A stretch of 64,000 bases of DNA from Octopus bimaculoides (taxonomy: Eukaryota): NCBI RefSeq assembly GCF_001194135.2, contig NC_068993.1, positions 17,456,075 through 17,520,074 of the forward strand. The letters are read 5' to 3'. The stretch's first letter is position 1. Every line of letters begins with the position of its first letter. Position numbers and translations under genes: made by a program. Under the pieces are notes generated by a model that did not search any database, was not told the origin of the DNA, and saw nothing but the letters and a program-made list of their open reading frames with translations. Positions 1 through 11,596 of this stretch are shown in pieces.

Positions 1-372
1 CGATTATATCGACCCAGTAGCGTAACTGGTACTTATTCAATCGACCCCGAAAGGATGGAAGACAAAGTCGACCTCGGCGGAATTTGAACTCAGAACGTAA
101 AATAGACAAAATACCGCTAAACATTTCGCCCGGCGTGCTAACGTTTCTTATTTCTTTANNNNNNNNNNNNNNNNNNNNNNNNNNNNNNNNNNNNNNNNNN
201 NNNNNNNNNNNNNNNNNNNNNNNNNNNNNNNNNNNNNNNNNNNNNNNNNNNNNNNNNNNNNNNNNNNNNNNNNNNNNNNNNNNNNNNNNNNNNNNNNNNN
301 NNNNNNNNNNNNNNNNNNNNNNNNNNNNAAGCATTTCGCCCGGCGTGCTAACGTTTCTGCCAGTTCGCCGCC
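1..372 (-). mobile_element. tRNA-derived SINE (family with head GGCGGCGAGCTGGCAGAAACGTTAGCACGCCGGGCGAAATGC), interrupted by an assembly gap
   Basis: Reverse complement of 329-372 is the same head seen on + at 62135. Positions 1-120 match that family's body (GAGTTCAAATTCCGCCGAGGTCGACTTTGTCTTCCATCC...AATAAGTACCAG). CpGs are intact. Confidence 0.75.
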
Positions 373-487
373 TTTTTTCGGGTAAATATTGCATGCATTC
401 TATACATCCTGATATTACCTATGGCGGCAAAATTATTTTTTCAAAAATTTCCGTTGTATGATGGGTAACAATAATATATATATATAT

Positions 488-1080
488 TCGGGATTTTTTT
501 TAAAACGGGGGCCACATTTTTCATTAACGAAACACTTTGAAACTTGGAACACTGGTAGAATGTGTCATATAAAACATCTTTTTCTCTTAGTCTTCTTAAA
601 AAAAAAAAAGAAATCCCTAAGTTATTCCATGTTAAANNNNNNNNNNNNNNNNNNNNNNNNNNNNNNNNNNNNNNNNNNNNNNNNNNNNNNNNNNNNNNNN
701 NNNNNNNNNNNNNNNNNNNNTCCATTCAGCCGATATACATTAAGTGCCGACTACATAAACAAACGATTCTGAAACAATTCTATCGGTGATAGGGTTAGGG
801 TAAAACAGCAAATTTAAAAAGAAAAAAGCAAATAAAACGAAGCTATGGCTTAATCAGCCAAAGGAGTAAATATAAACAACTGAATACTTGTCAGTGATTG
901 GTTGAAATTATCGAAATAAGACAATTTTTTACATGAAATAAATTCGAATACAAAAATATTTTTCTGTTCTATAACACAAAATAGATAAGTATACGAAGTT
1001 TGAAAGTCTTTCGGTACCAAAAACACTACGTAAAACATTAATGAAAAATGTGGCCTCCGTTTTAAAAAAGATCCTATATT
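488..1080. mobile_element. Non-autonomous DNA transposon / MITE-like element with ~42-bp terminal inverted repeats
   Basis: GGGATTTTTTTTAAAACGGGGGCCACATTTTTCATTAA at ~489-528 is matched in reverse by TTAATGAAAAATGTGGCCTCCGTTTTAAAAAAGATCC at ~1038-1074. No coding remnant recognised. Confidence 0.55.
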
Positions 1081-1171
1081 CGACTGGTAGATTATTTTAT
1101 CAACCCTGGATGAACGTCAAAGTTTACTTTTGTGAGACTGGAACTTAAAACTATAAAAGAATAGCACGTAC

Positions 1172-1205
1172 CTTTTCTTTCTGTTGTTCTAACAATTTTG
1201 CTAAC
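1172..1205 (-). CDS. Candidate 34-nt internal micro-exon of an unidentified minus-strand gene
   Basis: On minus: T-rich tract ...TAAAACAG | GTTAGCAAAATTGTTAGAACAACAGAAAGAAAAG | GTACGT. Open as (R)LAKLLEQQKEK or VSKIVRTTERK. No homology recognised. Confidence 0.22.
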
Positions 1206-1824
1206 CTGTTTTACTTTCATTTTGAAAAAAAAGAAAAAAATCATGGTAACATAAAATGACGTCTGGAAAGCTTTTATCTGCAAGTCTATTTAATCGAACT
1301 GACCTAGGACTAAATAGCCGCGACAAAATTTGACACTGTTCCTAATTTCCAGGTGGCAGAACCTATCTTTGATGATAGTAAACTGAAACCATAGTTGCCA
1401 ACGTTTTGAGATAGAAGCCAAATGTGTATGGATTCTAGTTTTCATGAGAGGGATCTACTTAAGAATGGCACTGAATCCTCATAGAAAGCACTGCAGCAGT
1501 AGAAACGGAAGAGCTCCAGACTAAATTCCTTGCGTCATTTTGTTTTATCCTTCAATGTTTGAAGTTCAAATCCGACCAGACGTCTTTCTTTTCTTTTCTT
1601 TTAGGAGCAAGGGTAGCACCTATTATCTTTTGCAGGACTTCTGAGATTAGCGGGGAAAGTTATCGCCATACAAGTGATCTTGTCTAAATACTTATGTGAA
1701 CTCCGCCAAGTGTACCCACGGCTCACGTGAAGGTATTTAACTAGGCAATGCATTCATTATGTCACCTAACAAATCGCCTTTCCTTTCATTTATTCGAGAT
1801 TGATAAATTTATTCTTATTTTTAC

Positions 1825-1865
1825 CTTTATGCAGCACTGCAGAAGTTTTATACTTCTTTTTATAC
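1825..1865 (-). CDS. Candidate 41-nt micro-exon of an unidentified minus-strand gene
   Basis: On minus: GTTTTCTTAG | GTATAAAAAGAAGTATAAAACTTCTGCAGTGCTGCATAAAG | GTAAAA. Open as YKKKYKTSAVLHK or IKRSIKLLQCCIK. Confidence 0.25.
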
Positions 1866-1970
1866 CTAAGAAAACATTAATTAAATTAATGCAAGTAAAC
1901 TACAAGATCTTACTAAAATAATCGTCAAGCATATTTTGGAATCGATTCACCATTTCCAAAACATACTTAC

Positions 1971-1984
1971 AGCTCTGTGTCAGT
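1971..1984 (-). CDS. Candidate 14-nt micro-exon of an unidentified minus-strand gene
   Basis: On minus: TTTTTTTTACACAG | ACTGACACAGAGCT | GTAAGTATGT, with near-consensus acceptor and donor. Joins in frame to the 41-nt exon across a 105-nt intron (TDTEL|YKKKYKTSAVLHK). Confidence 0.25.
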
Positions 1985-2086
1985 CTGTGTAAAAAAAACC
2001 ATCATTAATAGTGTCACATAAAAAGATCGCTGTTACTGTTTAACCCCAGGTCAGTCATGATTAGAAGGACCTATGATCAAAGATAT

Positions 2087-2570
2087 GGTGGAGATGGAGT
2101 ATATGTAATCTGGGTATACCCCCACTTTTAAATTTTGTTTTTTTTACGGAATCCTATGTTTCAGACCATGGAGAATCCGATTCTGGAAAAAATTTTTCAA
2201 AAATCTCAATTTCAAAATTTCGATCCCTCCCCCCGGTTTTTATATAGATCCACAGGGTAAACCTAACTCAAACCCTAACCCTAACCTTAACCGTNNNNNN
2301 NNNNNNNNNNNNNNNNNNNNNNNNNNNNNNNNNNNNNNNNNNNNNNNNNNNNNNNNNNNNNNNNNNNNNNNNNNNNNNNNNNNNNNNNNNNNNNNNNNNN
2401 NNNNNNNNNNNNNNNNNNNNNNNNNNNNNNNNNNGGGGGAAATTGAAAGTTTTCAAAAATTTTTTTTTCAGAATCGGAATCTCCATAGCCTAAAACGTGG
2501 GATTCCGTAAAAAAAAAAATTAATAAATAAGGGGGGGAAAGGTTCAGATTACATATAGTCCATCTCTACA
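2087..2570. mobile_element. hAT-like non-autonomous element with long (~130 bp) imperfect inverted arms, 8-bp target-site duplication and internal telomere-like CCCTAA repeats
   Basis: Arms 2087-2215 and 2440-2570 are reverse complements (GAGATGGA.TATATGTAATCTG...TTTTACGGAATCC...GGAGA.TCCGATTCTG). Flanks are AAAGATAT (2079-2086) and AAAGATGT (2571-2578). AACCCTAACCCTAACCTTAACC at ~2271-2292. Confidence 0.7.
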
Positions 2571-2619
2571 AAAGATGTATTAGTTGTCTTTGTTGAAGTA
2601 TCTTGAACTACATTATCTA

Positions 2620-3460
2620 ATGTGGGTAAGGTCTGAAAGAGTTCAGGTCGAAGTTATAAGTTCCGTTATCAGAAAAGCAACGACAGCATTTGGCGGCAAG
2701 GAAAACTGCTGGCAGTTATCTCCCTTCCAAAACTCCACCGAACAACATCATTGAAGTTATCTCCCTTTAGTTACAGTGTCACTTTCGCAGCACCTGTCCG
2801 GACAATGTCGCAACTTTAACGTATGTATCTGGAAAAGCACTCTTCACTTGGAATTATTAATTGATATTTAGGTAATCTAACACCAAACGTTATTTTTTGT
2901 TTATTCAGTTATTATCAAAATAATCGGAAAAGGGATTATAATAAACTAGAATTTCGTTTATTTTTTTCTCACAATCTTTTATTTTTGTTGTGTTTATTCT
3001 TCGTTTCTATCCGAGATAAACGACCAGGTACTTGAGATGTACATTGTATTCTTGTTCCTTAATTGTTATAACTTTGCAGGTCAGTTTCAATTCAAAGCTG
3101 ACAACTCCAATTCATACCATGCATGCCACTAAATTGATTTAAAAAAATGCATTATTATATTTTGCGTCTATAATTCTGTCTTCATGGCAAATCAATCACA
3201 AACCTATTACTTTCACACTTCCCGTGATGTTTTGGCTACTTTTTTCTACCGCGTGAGGAAGAGCAAACCTATAGAAAGTCTAGCTTATGATAGAAAAGTT
3301 TTATCAAACAGTTCGGTGGGTGTAAAAGAAAAAAAGGTTAATGTGTCAAGACGTAAACATTAACCGGAAAAAAATATATATCCATTTATAAGTTCCTGGC
3401 GAACCGAGTCTCCGACTCCCCAACACCCAAACTAGCTTTCAAGTCCCCTCGGGGACTATT
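2620..3460. promoter_or_regulatory. CpG-retaining, repeat-poor zone; candidate promoter / non-coding first-exon region
   Basis: CG dinucleotides are frequent here and become rare downstream of ~4 kb. Contains a + strand donor-like AAC|GTATGT at 2820/2821 and CACTTCCCG at ~3216. No long ORF. TSS not directly visible. Confidence 0.3.
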
Positions 3461-3789
3461 GTTAATAAGATGCTCTAATTTTCTATCTAATGGATAATAC
3501 ATCGTGTACTTATTCGTAGCTTCGTGTTTCGAATCTTATCTATTTCATTCTTCAATTAGATTCGTTGAGGTGGGTAGGAGTCATAAACTACTCAACGGGA
3601 CTTGCTTCAAGATAATAGTTTTTTACAGGTCCGTTGCCAGACTATGGCGCCTGGGGGTACTTCAGAATATTCTGGGTGGCCACTAATTTGTAATAATGCT
3701 AAAGTAGAGTTTCGAAATATGTGTATCACTGTAAATATGGGAGTGCACTATTGAATAGTGAGGGGAAAGTGCCATCCAGTGCACCCCCT

Positions 3790-5900
3790 TAGCCACGGGA
3801 ATGGTTTGTTTCCGTGTATTTGTTGCTATTGCTGATTAGTCCTAATCAAAAAGCGCGACTCTTTCTCGTTATACCCCGTCTCCACCCAACTGATGACTGT
3901 TGACTCCGTGAGGCAGTGTCGAATCGTATGGGATGCAGTATGATAGTTGGACACATTGCACCCTTTCCCATGTCCAGTCTACTCTTGTACACTTGTTAAT
4001 TCTGATGGTGACCCCAGAGGAGGCGGGTAAGGTGGACTCGGTCAAGGGAAAAAAATTGTTCTGCACTTATTATTGGTGGTGTGCATCCCAGCAAAGCATT
4101 TAGATTCAGTGAAATTTGGTGTTGGCTGCTATTTCTGTTGTGTATGTGTTCATTATGTTTGTCCAGGCTGTTTTCAGGTTGTTGTAGTGATGCTCTGAGA
4201 TATTGTACATGTGCCTGGGTGTTTTGAGGTGTTTTTCACGTTGTGACAATAAAGTGAACCCCTATAGTGAACCTATAGTGACCCTATGTGACAATAAACT
4301 GAACCCCAATAAAGTGTCCAGGTGGGCCTTGATTTTTTTGTATTTTTGTTTTATCGTGTTGTTAATCTGTGGGTGCGATCTATGTACAACCTATTATAAA
4401 TGTTTAGTGCAATGTTTTGTGTTCATTATGGTCTGTAGGAAATAGGGGTCCAAGCAATGGCATAGCTAGAGTGTGTGCTGCCCGTTGTAACCATTGAGTT
4501 TGCCTCCCTACTCCTGACTCCAAGCCATTGTAGACTTATACAGAAGTCCCAACAGTATCGTTCAGTGAAAGTGTTGTTCAGAGCAGACCATTTCTCCTTC
4601 ACCTAGCTATGCTGCTGGGGCCCAAGTGGGACCAGCTTTGTCTAAGAAACAAACATTATTTATTGGTAACCGATTCATTAATGTTTTACAGATATTACTT
4701 TAAGTATTTTTTGTAAAACATTAACGAACTGTTTGACAACAAACAATGTTTCTTTCTTTCAGATGACCAAATGTGATTCCTGTGGCTCCTCTAAGTATGT
4801 TTGTGTATTGTTTTGCTTTTTTTATATACGGTCTTTTTTGCTTTGCGTGTTGTGAATGTTGTAATTAATATCTAGTATTTTTTATGGCTGTGTGTATGTG
4901 GTATATGTTTATGTTTTTGAATATGATGGTTGGTTTTGTATAATGATTTTTACTGTTGCTCATGATAGAGAAGCAGTGGGTTTCTGTAGATGCTACCTTA
5001 AGCCTGTTTCTGAAGAATCAGATCTCTAGGTGAATTACATAGGGTTGGAGTATTTGTATGGTAGTGTCTGGAGAATGGTGGAATGATGTGAGTTTGATGT
5101 GATGTATATTAAAGGCTTTTGACGTGTTTTGTGGGTTGTGGGAGATCATGCAGGTGGGATCATGGGAAGGTGTAGGTAAGAAGTTAGCCTCTTCTTCCTT
5201 GATACTTCAGTCAAGAAATTGCAAGTTCTGGAAGGGTTTGGTGGACTGACAGAGATTTTTGCTAGCTTGTGTTTTGATTGATTCTTAAAGTGGTATTAAG
5301 CATTTTCTGTGTGAGTGAATAATGGGGACTGGAATTGAAAGCTTTGTCGATATTGATGATAATGAGAATGTTACATGTTGCAGATTTTTACTGTTGAAGC
5401 CACTGTATATTTTCTGTGTTAGGCTTGTAAGTGTCAAAAATTTGCCCTTCTAGAATTTTTCAGTGTATGCAATATGAGGGTGATTGGTCTGTATACTTCA
5501 CTTGGATTTTGTTGGACTTTAGAAAAGTTATAATTTTGCCCAGTTTCCATTTTCTGGGGATTTTATTGTATTAACTTGACTAGTTGTCAATGTGTGAGTG
5601 CAGTAGTTCCTTCACACCCTTGGTATTTTACGTGTACATCTGTGATTTTACCTCACCCTGAGGCCTTTGATTTCTTTACTATTTTTTTATAGATTTTTCT
5701 TAGATTTCTCTACTGTTTCTTTCAGTGTCTGATGGAAGAAAAGTGTCAAAATGATGATTCAGCTTGTATATTTTTTTTGTGTCCTGCTCTTCTTTGTGTG
5801 GGTTTTGTTAACTGATTTTTGAGAACTTTCTGGTTAGGGCATTTACTTGGTGTTCCTGAATGAATAAATTATTTGAGATTGTTAATGTGATATACAATAT
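3790..5900 (-). mobile_element. Decayed non-LTR retrotransposon (I/Nimb/Jockey-group-like LINE): RT, thumb and C-terminal zinc-knuckle remnants
   Basis: Minus-strand fragments with stops and frameshifts: KIPRKWKLGKII..YRPITL (~5440-5560), SKAFN (~5110), ILRGATGITFG (~4760-4797), SYAIAWTP..QNIAL..IIGC (~4370-4470), RVHLTRLLWGHH..CP..HTIRHCLTE (~3900-4045). Confidence 0.7.
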
Positions 5901-5964
5901 GGTATGGCCATTGTTGTAGACTGCTCTTTACTCTATATAATATTCTATTATTAGTCTTATGATT

Positions 5965-6402
5965 AAGGCACTGAGCTGGCAGAATCTTTAACAAAATGCT
6001 TAGTGGTATTTTGTCTGTCTTTACATTCAGAGTTCAAATCCTGCTGTGGTTGACTTTGCCTTTCATTCTTTCAGGGTTGATGAAATAAGTACCAGTTGCA
6101 CACTGGGGTTTAGGTAACCAACTCTATCCCACACCTCAAAATGTTTTGGTCTTATACCTACACTAGAAAAGGTTATTTGTCTTGTAAGCTGGTGGAATCA
6201 TTAGCACACCAGAGAAAATGCTTAGCACCATTTCTTCCATATTTTTGTCGTGAGTTCAAATTCTGCTGAGGTCGAGTTTGCCTTTCATCCTTTCAGGGTC
6301 AATAAAATGAGTACAGGTTGAATACAGGGGTTATTGTAATCAACTTATGTCCCCCACCCCACCCTGCAAATTATTGGCCTGGTGCCAAAATTTGAAACCA
6401 TT
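5965..6402 (+). mobile_element. Two tandem, CpG-decayed copies of the same tRNA-derived SINE family as at 1-372 and 62135
   Basis: Heads at ~5965 and ~6185, each followed by GAGTTCAAAT.CTGCTG.GGT.GA.TTTGCCTTTCAT.CTTTCAGGGT. Confidence 0.7.
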
Positions 6403-7089
6403 ATTAGTTTTGTGGTTTACATTGAATATAATTGTTTGCCAGTTTTCTGTTTTCGTAGGAGTTATTTATTTTGTCTATTTTCTTCTTTAATTGTTGGGTA
6501 GTGAATCATAGGACCCCCCCCACCTCTTATCCACCAATCACTACTTCCACCTCTCAATACTTGTCCTTAACCTATTATAACCAAATCGCCCCCCCCCATT
6601 CTCCATCTCTTACTCTCCTATACATTATTAACAGCTTCTATCTATCCACATTCTTGGATCTCATGTCCTCACTCACTTTTGCTCACCCCATACTTTGAAG
6701 GTCTCCCCAGCCACCTCATCTTCACTATTTTTACTTCTTCCCAGCCCCCAATCATCCCTACCTACTCTTCTAAACTCTTAATAGCCACATAGCTCCTTTA
6801 CAGTAAGAGGCCTATTCTATTCTGGTTCCTTTCCTCACACTTTTAACTCCTCATCTCCTAACTTAAAAACCATCTCCCTCAGAGTTTGTAGTCTTGCAAG
6901 CTGCATGGTGACTCAGTAGTGTTGGTGGCATGCAAAAGAGCACCTAATGTACATTGCAAAGTGGTTGGTGTAAGGAAGGGCATCCAGTTATAGAAACCAT
7001 GCCAAAGCAGACATTGGAACATGATGCAGTTGTTGGACCACAACCCATGCTAGCATGGAACATGAATGATGATGATGATGATGATGACT

Positions 7090-7253
7090 TTGTGGCATGA
7101 AGCAAAGTAGACCTTGCCATCTACTCAAGAAAACACATAATAAATGATCTACAAGCACTCAAGCAAACTGAGTCCTCAACTTGTTCCGTTTGCCAAAAGG
7201 TTTGCAAGGCACCAGCAGGCCTCAACAGACACATTCATGTCCATAGAACATAA
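7090..7253 (+). mobile_element. 3' end of an RTE-type LINE ORF with terminal C2H2-like finger
   Basis: STCSVCQKVCKAPAGLNRHIHVHRT* (7176-7253) is a single C2H2 motif immediately before a stop, as in RTE-clade ORF ends. No splice acceptor or finger array that would suggest a ZNF gene. Confidence 0.5.
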
Positions 7254-7310
7254 TTAATGCTTTAATTTACTAAGCCCTCATTTGTCGTTCACAACAAGAG
7301 AATCCATCAT

Positions 7311-7344
<34 letters not shown>

Positions 7345-8084
7345 NNNNNNNNNNNNNNNNNNNNNNNNNNNNNNNNNNNNNNNNNNNNNNNNNNNNNNNN
7401 NNNNNNNNNNNNNNNNNNNNNNNNNNNNNNNNNNNNNNNNNNNNNNNNNNNNNNNNNNNNNNNNNNNNNNNNNNNNNNNNNNNNNNNNNNNNNNNNNNNN
7501 NNNNNNNNNNNNNNNNNNNNNNNNNNNNNNNNNNNNNNNNNNNNNNNNNNNNNNNNNNNNNNNNNNNNNNNNNNNNNNNNNNNNNNNNNNCTCTGTGATC
7601 ATGTCCCATAACTTATTAATTCAATACTAGTATTGATAAAATAAATACCACTTTTACAAAAAAAATAAATACTGGGGCTGATATGATTAACTAAAGCCCT
7701 ACAAGATGACGCTCCAGCATGGCCTCCTACAAACACATGACTTGTGCCAAATTTTGGAAATTACTGTTATTGATTTTTAACTGTTGTACCAGGCCACACA
7801 TTTAGTAGGGAGGATACCACCATCATTTTAATATCCACGTTTCCATGTTTGCATGGGTCAGATGAAGTTTGTTGAGGCAGATTTGCTACAGTCACATGTC
7901 CTTCCTGTTGCCAACCCTCTCCTGTTTCCAAGCAAGGTAATATTTCCCCTTGGCCAGGCATGTTCTTGAAAAGTATTGGAAATGAATGACAATGGTTGTA
8001 TGACAGTGACAATCATTTTACTACTATCATGTGATATCAAGATAAGGTGACATGATCATAGACACACTCTTATATGCATACATA

Positions 8085-8418
8085 AGGGGTAAAGGCCCCC
8101 CCTCGGTCATGAATGACCATGGGATTGCACCCAGAAAATTACCCTCTGAGGCACATATCCAGGCAAGGTTGTTTATGGAATATCAGCAGTCACCCATGCA
8201 TACCAGTCCCCCCTTTCTACACCACTGATGTTACCCAAGGGAAAGGCAAAGGCTGATACAGCTTGGCACCAGTGACATCACAACTCATTTCTACAGCTGG
8301 GTAAACTGGAGCAACGCGAAATAAAGTTTCTTGCTCAAGAACACAACATAGAACCCAGTCTGGGAATTGAACTCACTAACTCATGATTGTGAGCCCGATG
8401 CTGTAACCACTGAGCCAT
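8085..8418 (-). mobile_element. tRNA-derived SINE (family with TTGAGCAAGAAACTTTATTTCGCGTTGCTCCAG body)
   Basis: Related copies at ~20960-21190 (+), ~27190-27520 (+) and ~45740-46055 (-). Confidence 0.65.
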
Positions 8419-9029
8419 ACACACAGATGCACCCCCCCACGTTTATATACTATGGGAGTCTTTTAGTTTCTGCCTACCAAATCCACTCCTAAGGCTTTGT
8501 CTGGTCCGGAGCTATAGAAGAAGACACTTGCCCAAGCTGCCATGCAGTGGGACTGAACCTGTTACCATATGGTTAGAAAGCCAACAGCTTCACCACACAG
8601 CTGCGTCTGTGTCTATATAGTGAATTAATTTGCTCGTAGTATCTTACTGGTACTTTATTTTATTGATCCCAGAAAAATGAAATTACTATAATTTCTACTT
8701 CATTCAATCACTATATCTCAGCAATTTTTCTTCGTTGTTTTTGATTGGTTTCATGTTTTCCTAAATTTTTTAAGTGTCTGTTGATGGCCTTCAGGTTCTC
8801 ATGAATGATTCAGTGCTGTGTGGCCCTTGATCTTCTTTATCTGTCCCTTCTTTGTGTTGCTTTCCATCTCAGTGCTGTTTTTTCACACCACTGATGTAGC
8901 TGCCATAACTTTGTCCAGCCAGTTGCTTTCTTCATTCCATCACCATATCTTAGAGGCTTCACAAATGATGCTCTTCTTAAGAGACTTCCTCATTTCTGAT
9001 AAGTCTATGGTATGACTATGAAAGTAAAA

Positions 9030-9424
9030 CAGGAGTGGCTGTGTGGTAAGTAGCTTGCTTACCAACCACATGGTTCCGGGTTCATTCCCACTGCATGGCA
9101 CCTTGGGCAAGTGTCTTCTACTATAGCCTCGGGCTGACCAAAGCCTTGTGAGTGGATTTGGTAGATGGAAACTGAAAGAAGCCTGTCGTATATATGTGTG
9201 TGTGTGTGTATATGTTTGTGTGTCTGTGTTTGTCCCCCAACATCGCTTGACAACCGATGGTGGTGTGTTTACGTCCCCGTAACCTAGTGGTTCGGCAAAA
9301 GAGACCGATAGAATAAGTACTAGGCATCCAAAGAATAAGTCCTGGGGTCGATTTACTTGACTAAAGGCGGTGCTCCAGCATGGCCGCAGTCAAATGACTG
9401 AAACAAGTAAAGAGGGTAAAGAGA
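9030..9424 (+). mobile_element. Full-length ~400-bp tRNA-derived SINE (GGAGTGGCTGTGTGGTAAGTAGCTTGC...GACTGAAACAAGTAAAAGAG family)
   Basis: A/B-box-like head (TGGCTGTGTGGTAAG, GGTTCATTCC), central (TA/TG)n and AAAGAG-repeat tail. Near-identical copies at 15536, 40326, 53402 and 57691. Confidence 0.85.
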
Positions 9425-11383
9425 ATATTTATTTTTGCTTTTTGGTTTACAAGTTTGAGTAGATGAGAATATTGCATAAAAACTAGCAATTTCTCTTGTG
9501 AAATGAATTGTTTCAGCAATAACCAAATTTCACATTTTGGCAAACTTTTGAACATTTCCTAATATCTTCTTATTTGTGAACTGTTGTTAGTCATTGTCAC
9601 ATAAGTAACTTATTTTTGCTTGTATTATAATTTAGTTTCATTTAAAAAAATTCTATTATACCATTTGTATTTTATGTTTATATTTACAAACTTTTGAAAG
9701 TAAACCTGAATTAAATTCAGTTGAAAGATATATAATTAACAGTTCTTTATTGCTAATTATAGCAATAAAGAACTAGCATTTCAGTTCTTCAGAGAAGAAT
9801 AATTAAGCTGAAGATAGGAGTGAACTTAGAAGTGTAAACCATCAAATTTGGCATGGTTTCTATGACTGGATGCCAGTTTTTTTAGTTAAACTCTGCTCTG
9901 CTTCCAAGGGTTATTATTTTTTATAAAATTTTCATAGGTGCACAAGTGGCTGCATGATTAAGAAGCTTGCTTTGTAATCACATGGTTTGGGGTTCAGTCC
10001 CACTTTGGGCAAGTGTTTTCTGCCAAAATTTGAAACCAATATTTTTCATTCTGGAGTTTTGAGATTAAGGTTATGAGACTACTACTATAATGATCATGAG
10101 TTCAAACCCCATTCTTTCATTTAATGTACTGTGCTCTTGAAGAAGTCATGTAACACTGTTTGCCTTAGCTTGCTTACTTGACATGAACAAGTTGCACTGC
10201 AGTAACAAATGTATCCAGCTATAAATGCAACTGACCTAACTAAAAACACATCATGTATGTAAATGTCATCATCATTTAATGTCTGTTGTCCATGGATTGG
10301 ACAGTTTGACCAAGACTGGTAAGCTGGGGGTCTGCACCAGACTCCAGTCTGATTTGGCATGGTTTCTATGACTGGATGCCTTTCCTAACACCAATCACTC
10401 TAAGAGTGTAATGGGTTCTTTTACTTTCCACCAGCACGGGTGCCTGTTGTGTGACACCAGTATCTGCCACAACTACCATTTCACTTGGCTTGATGGGTCT
10501 TCTTCTCAAGCATGACATATTGCCAAAGGTCTTGGTCATTTGTCATAGCCTCTACGAAGCCCAGTGCTTGAAAGGTGCTTTTTACGTGCCGGAAAAATAA
10601 ATATAAAATGGAAATAAAAAGAAAAGAGAGATTGTTGAAATGCTCAGATCATATCAGGAAATATTTGAATGTCTTGGATACACTGAGCACTTTGTTATTG
10701 TTTAGCTCTGAGTCAGCTCTTCTCAAAGAAACCTGTGACAGTAAAATTCCACTGTGATTATATGCTTTTTCAGAATTATGTGTGTCCTTTGTTTTTAGAT
10801 GTAGGGTGTGATATGAGGGAGATGTTGGGTATTATTTCTAGCAGGCTGTATGAACACATAAAGGTTCTTTCACTGTATCATGTGACAGTTTGTAACTGAC
10901 ACATTATTTGTAATGACCAGGTTTAATTTTATTGTTGAGGTAAAGGTTGATCATATTATTAAACTTTATTATGACAGTAAAAATTGAGGACCAATAAACT
11001 TTATTATAACAGTAAAAGGTCATCATCATCATTTTAACATCCACTTTTCCATGCTTGCATTGGTCAGACAGAGTTTATAGGGGCAGATTTTCAACAGCCA
11101 GATACCCTTCCTGTCACCAATCCTCACCTGTTTCCAAGCAGGATAATATTTTCACTTTCCCAGGAAATGAATCATACTGCTTGTATGACATGACACTCAT
11201 ATATATAAATATCACATGATGTCTAAGACAACAGAGCACATACAATCACACACACACACATGCAAACACACACAACCACATACATACATGCAAACACACA
11301 CACACATGGACAAACACATTGCTCACCAGTCCTCAGTCAAACCGTCCAACCCATGCCAGCATGGAAAGCGGATGTTAAACGAT

Positions 11384-11596
11384 GAGGTGCCGAAAAGTAC
11401 CTGGCTTTGGGCAAAAGTAAATACAGGAAGATTGTTTAATTATGATTTTATTCAATATATTCCTCTTTCAGATTCACACACTTATTGTAGTGGTGCTTCA
11501 ATTTTTCTAAGCTCTGTAAAAGAACACAGAAGGTTGAGCCTCCAACCAGGCCTTTTGTGATACTCTTACAACCAGGAACTTTCCAGTATCCCCTTG
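11384..11596. mobile_element. mariner-like MITE (~210 bp)
   Basis: GAGGTGCCGAAAAGTACCTGG at the left end and CCAGGAACTTTCCAGTATCCCCCTTGTA at the right end are imperfect TIRs. The same TIR type occurs at 38583. Confidence 0.6.

Noticed and set aside
121-358. Repeat of CATTTCGCCCGGCGTGCTAACGTTTCT on both sides of a gap
   Set aside because: SINE sequence at gap edges. Cannot distinguish two insertions from an assembly overlap.
4763-4794. Apparent + strand micro-exon TTTCTTTCAG|ATGACCAAATGTGATTCCTGTGGCTCCTCTAA|GTATGT encoding MTKCDSCGSS (CxxC, zinc-ribbon-like)
   Set aside because: It lies inside the antisense LINE fossil: the minus strand reads ILRGATGITFG, collinear with the other RT and thumb remnants. 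No convincing second CxxC exon was found. Exonisation cannot be excluded without RNA data.
7176-7253. Single C2H2 finger as a possible exon of a C2H2-ZNF gene
   Set aside because: A lone finger with no TGEKP linker or array, ending at a stop. It fits the RTE LINE ORF terminus better.
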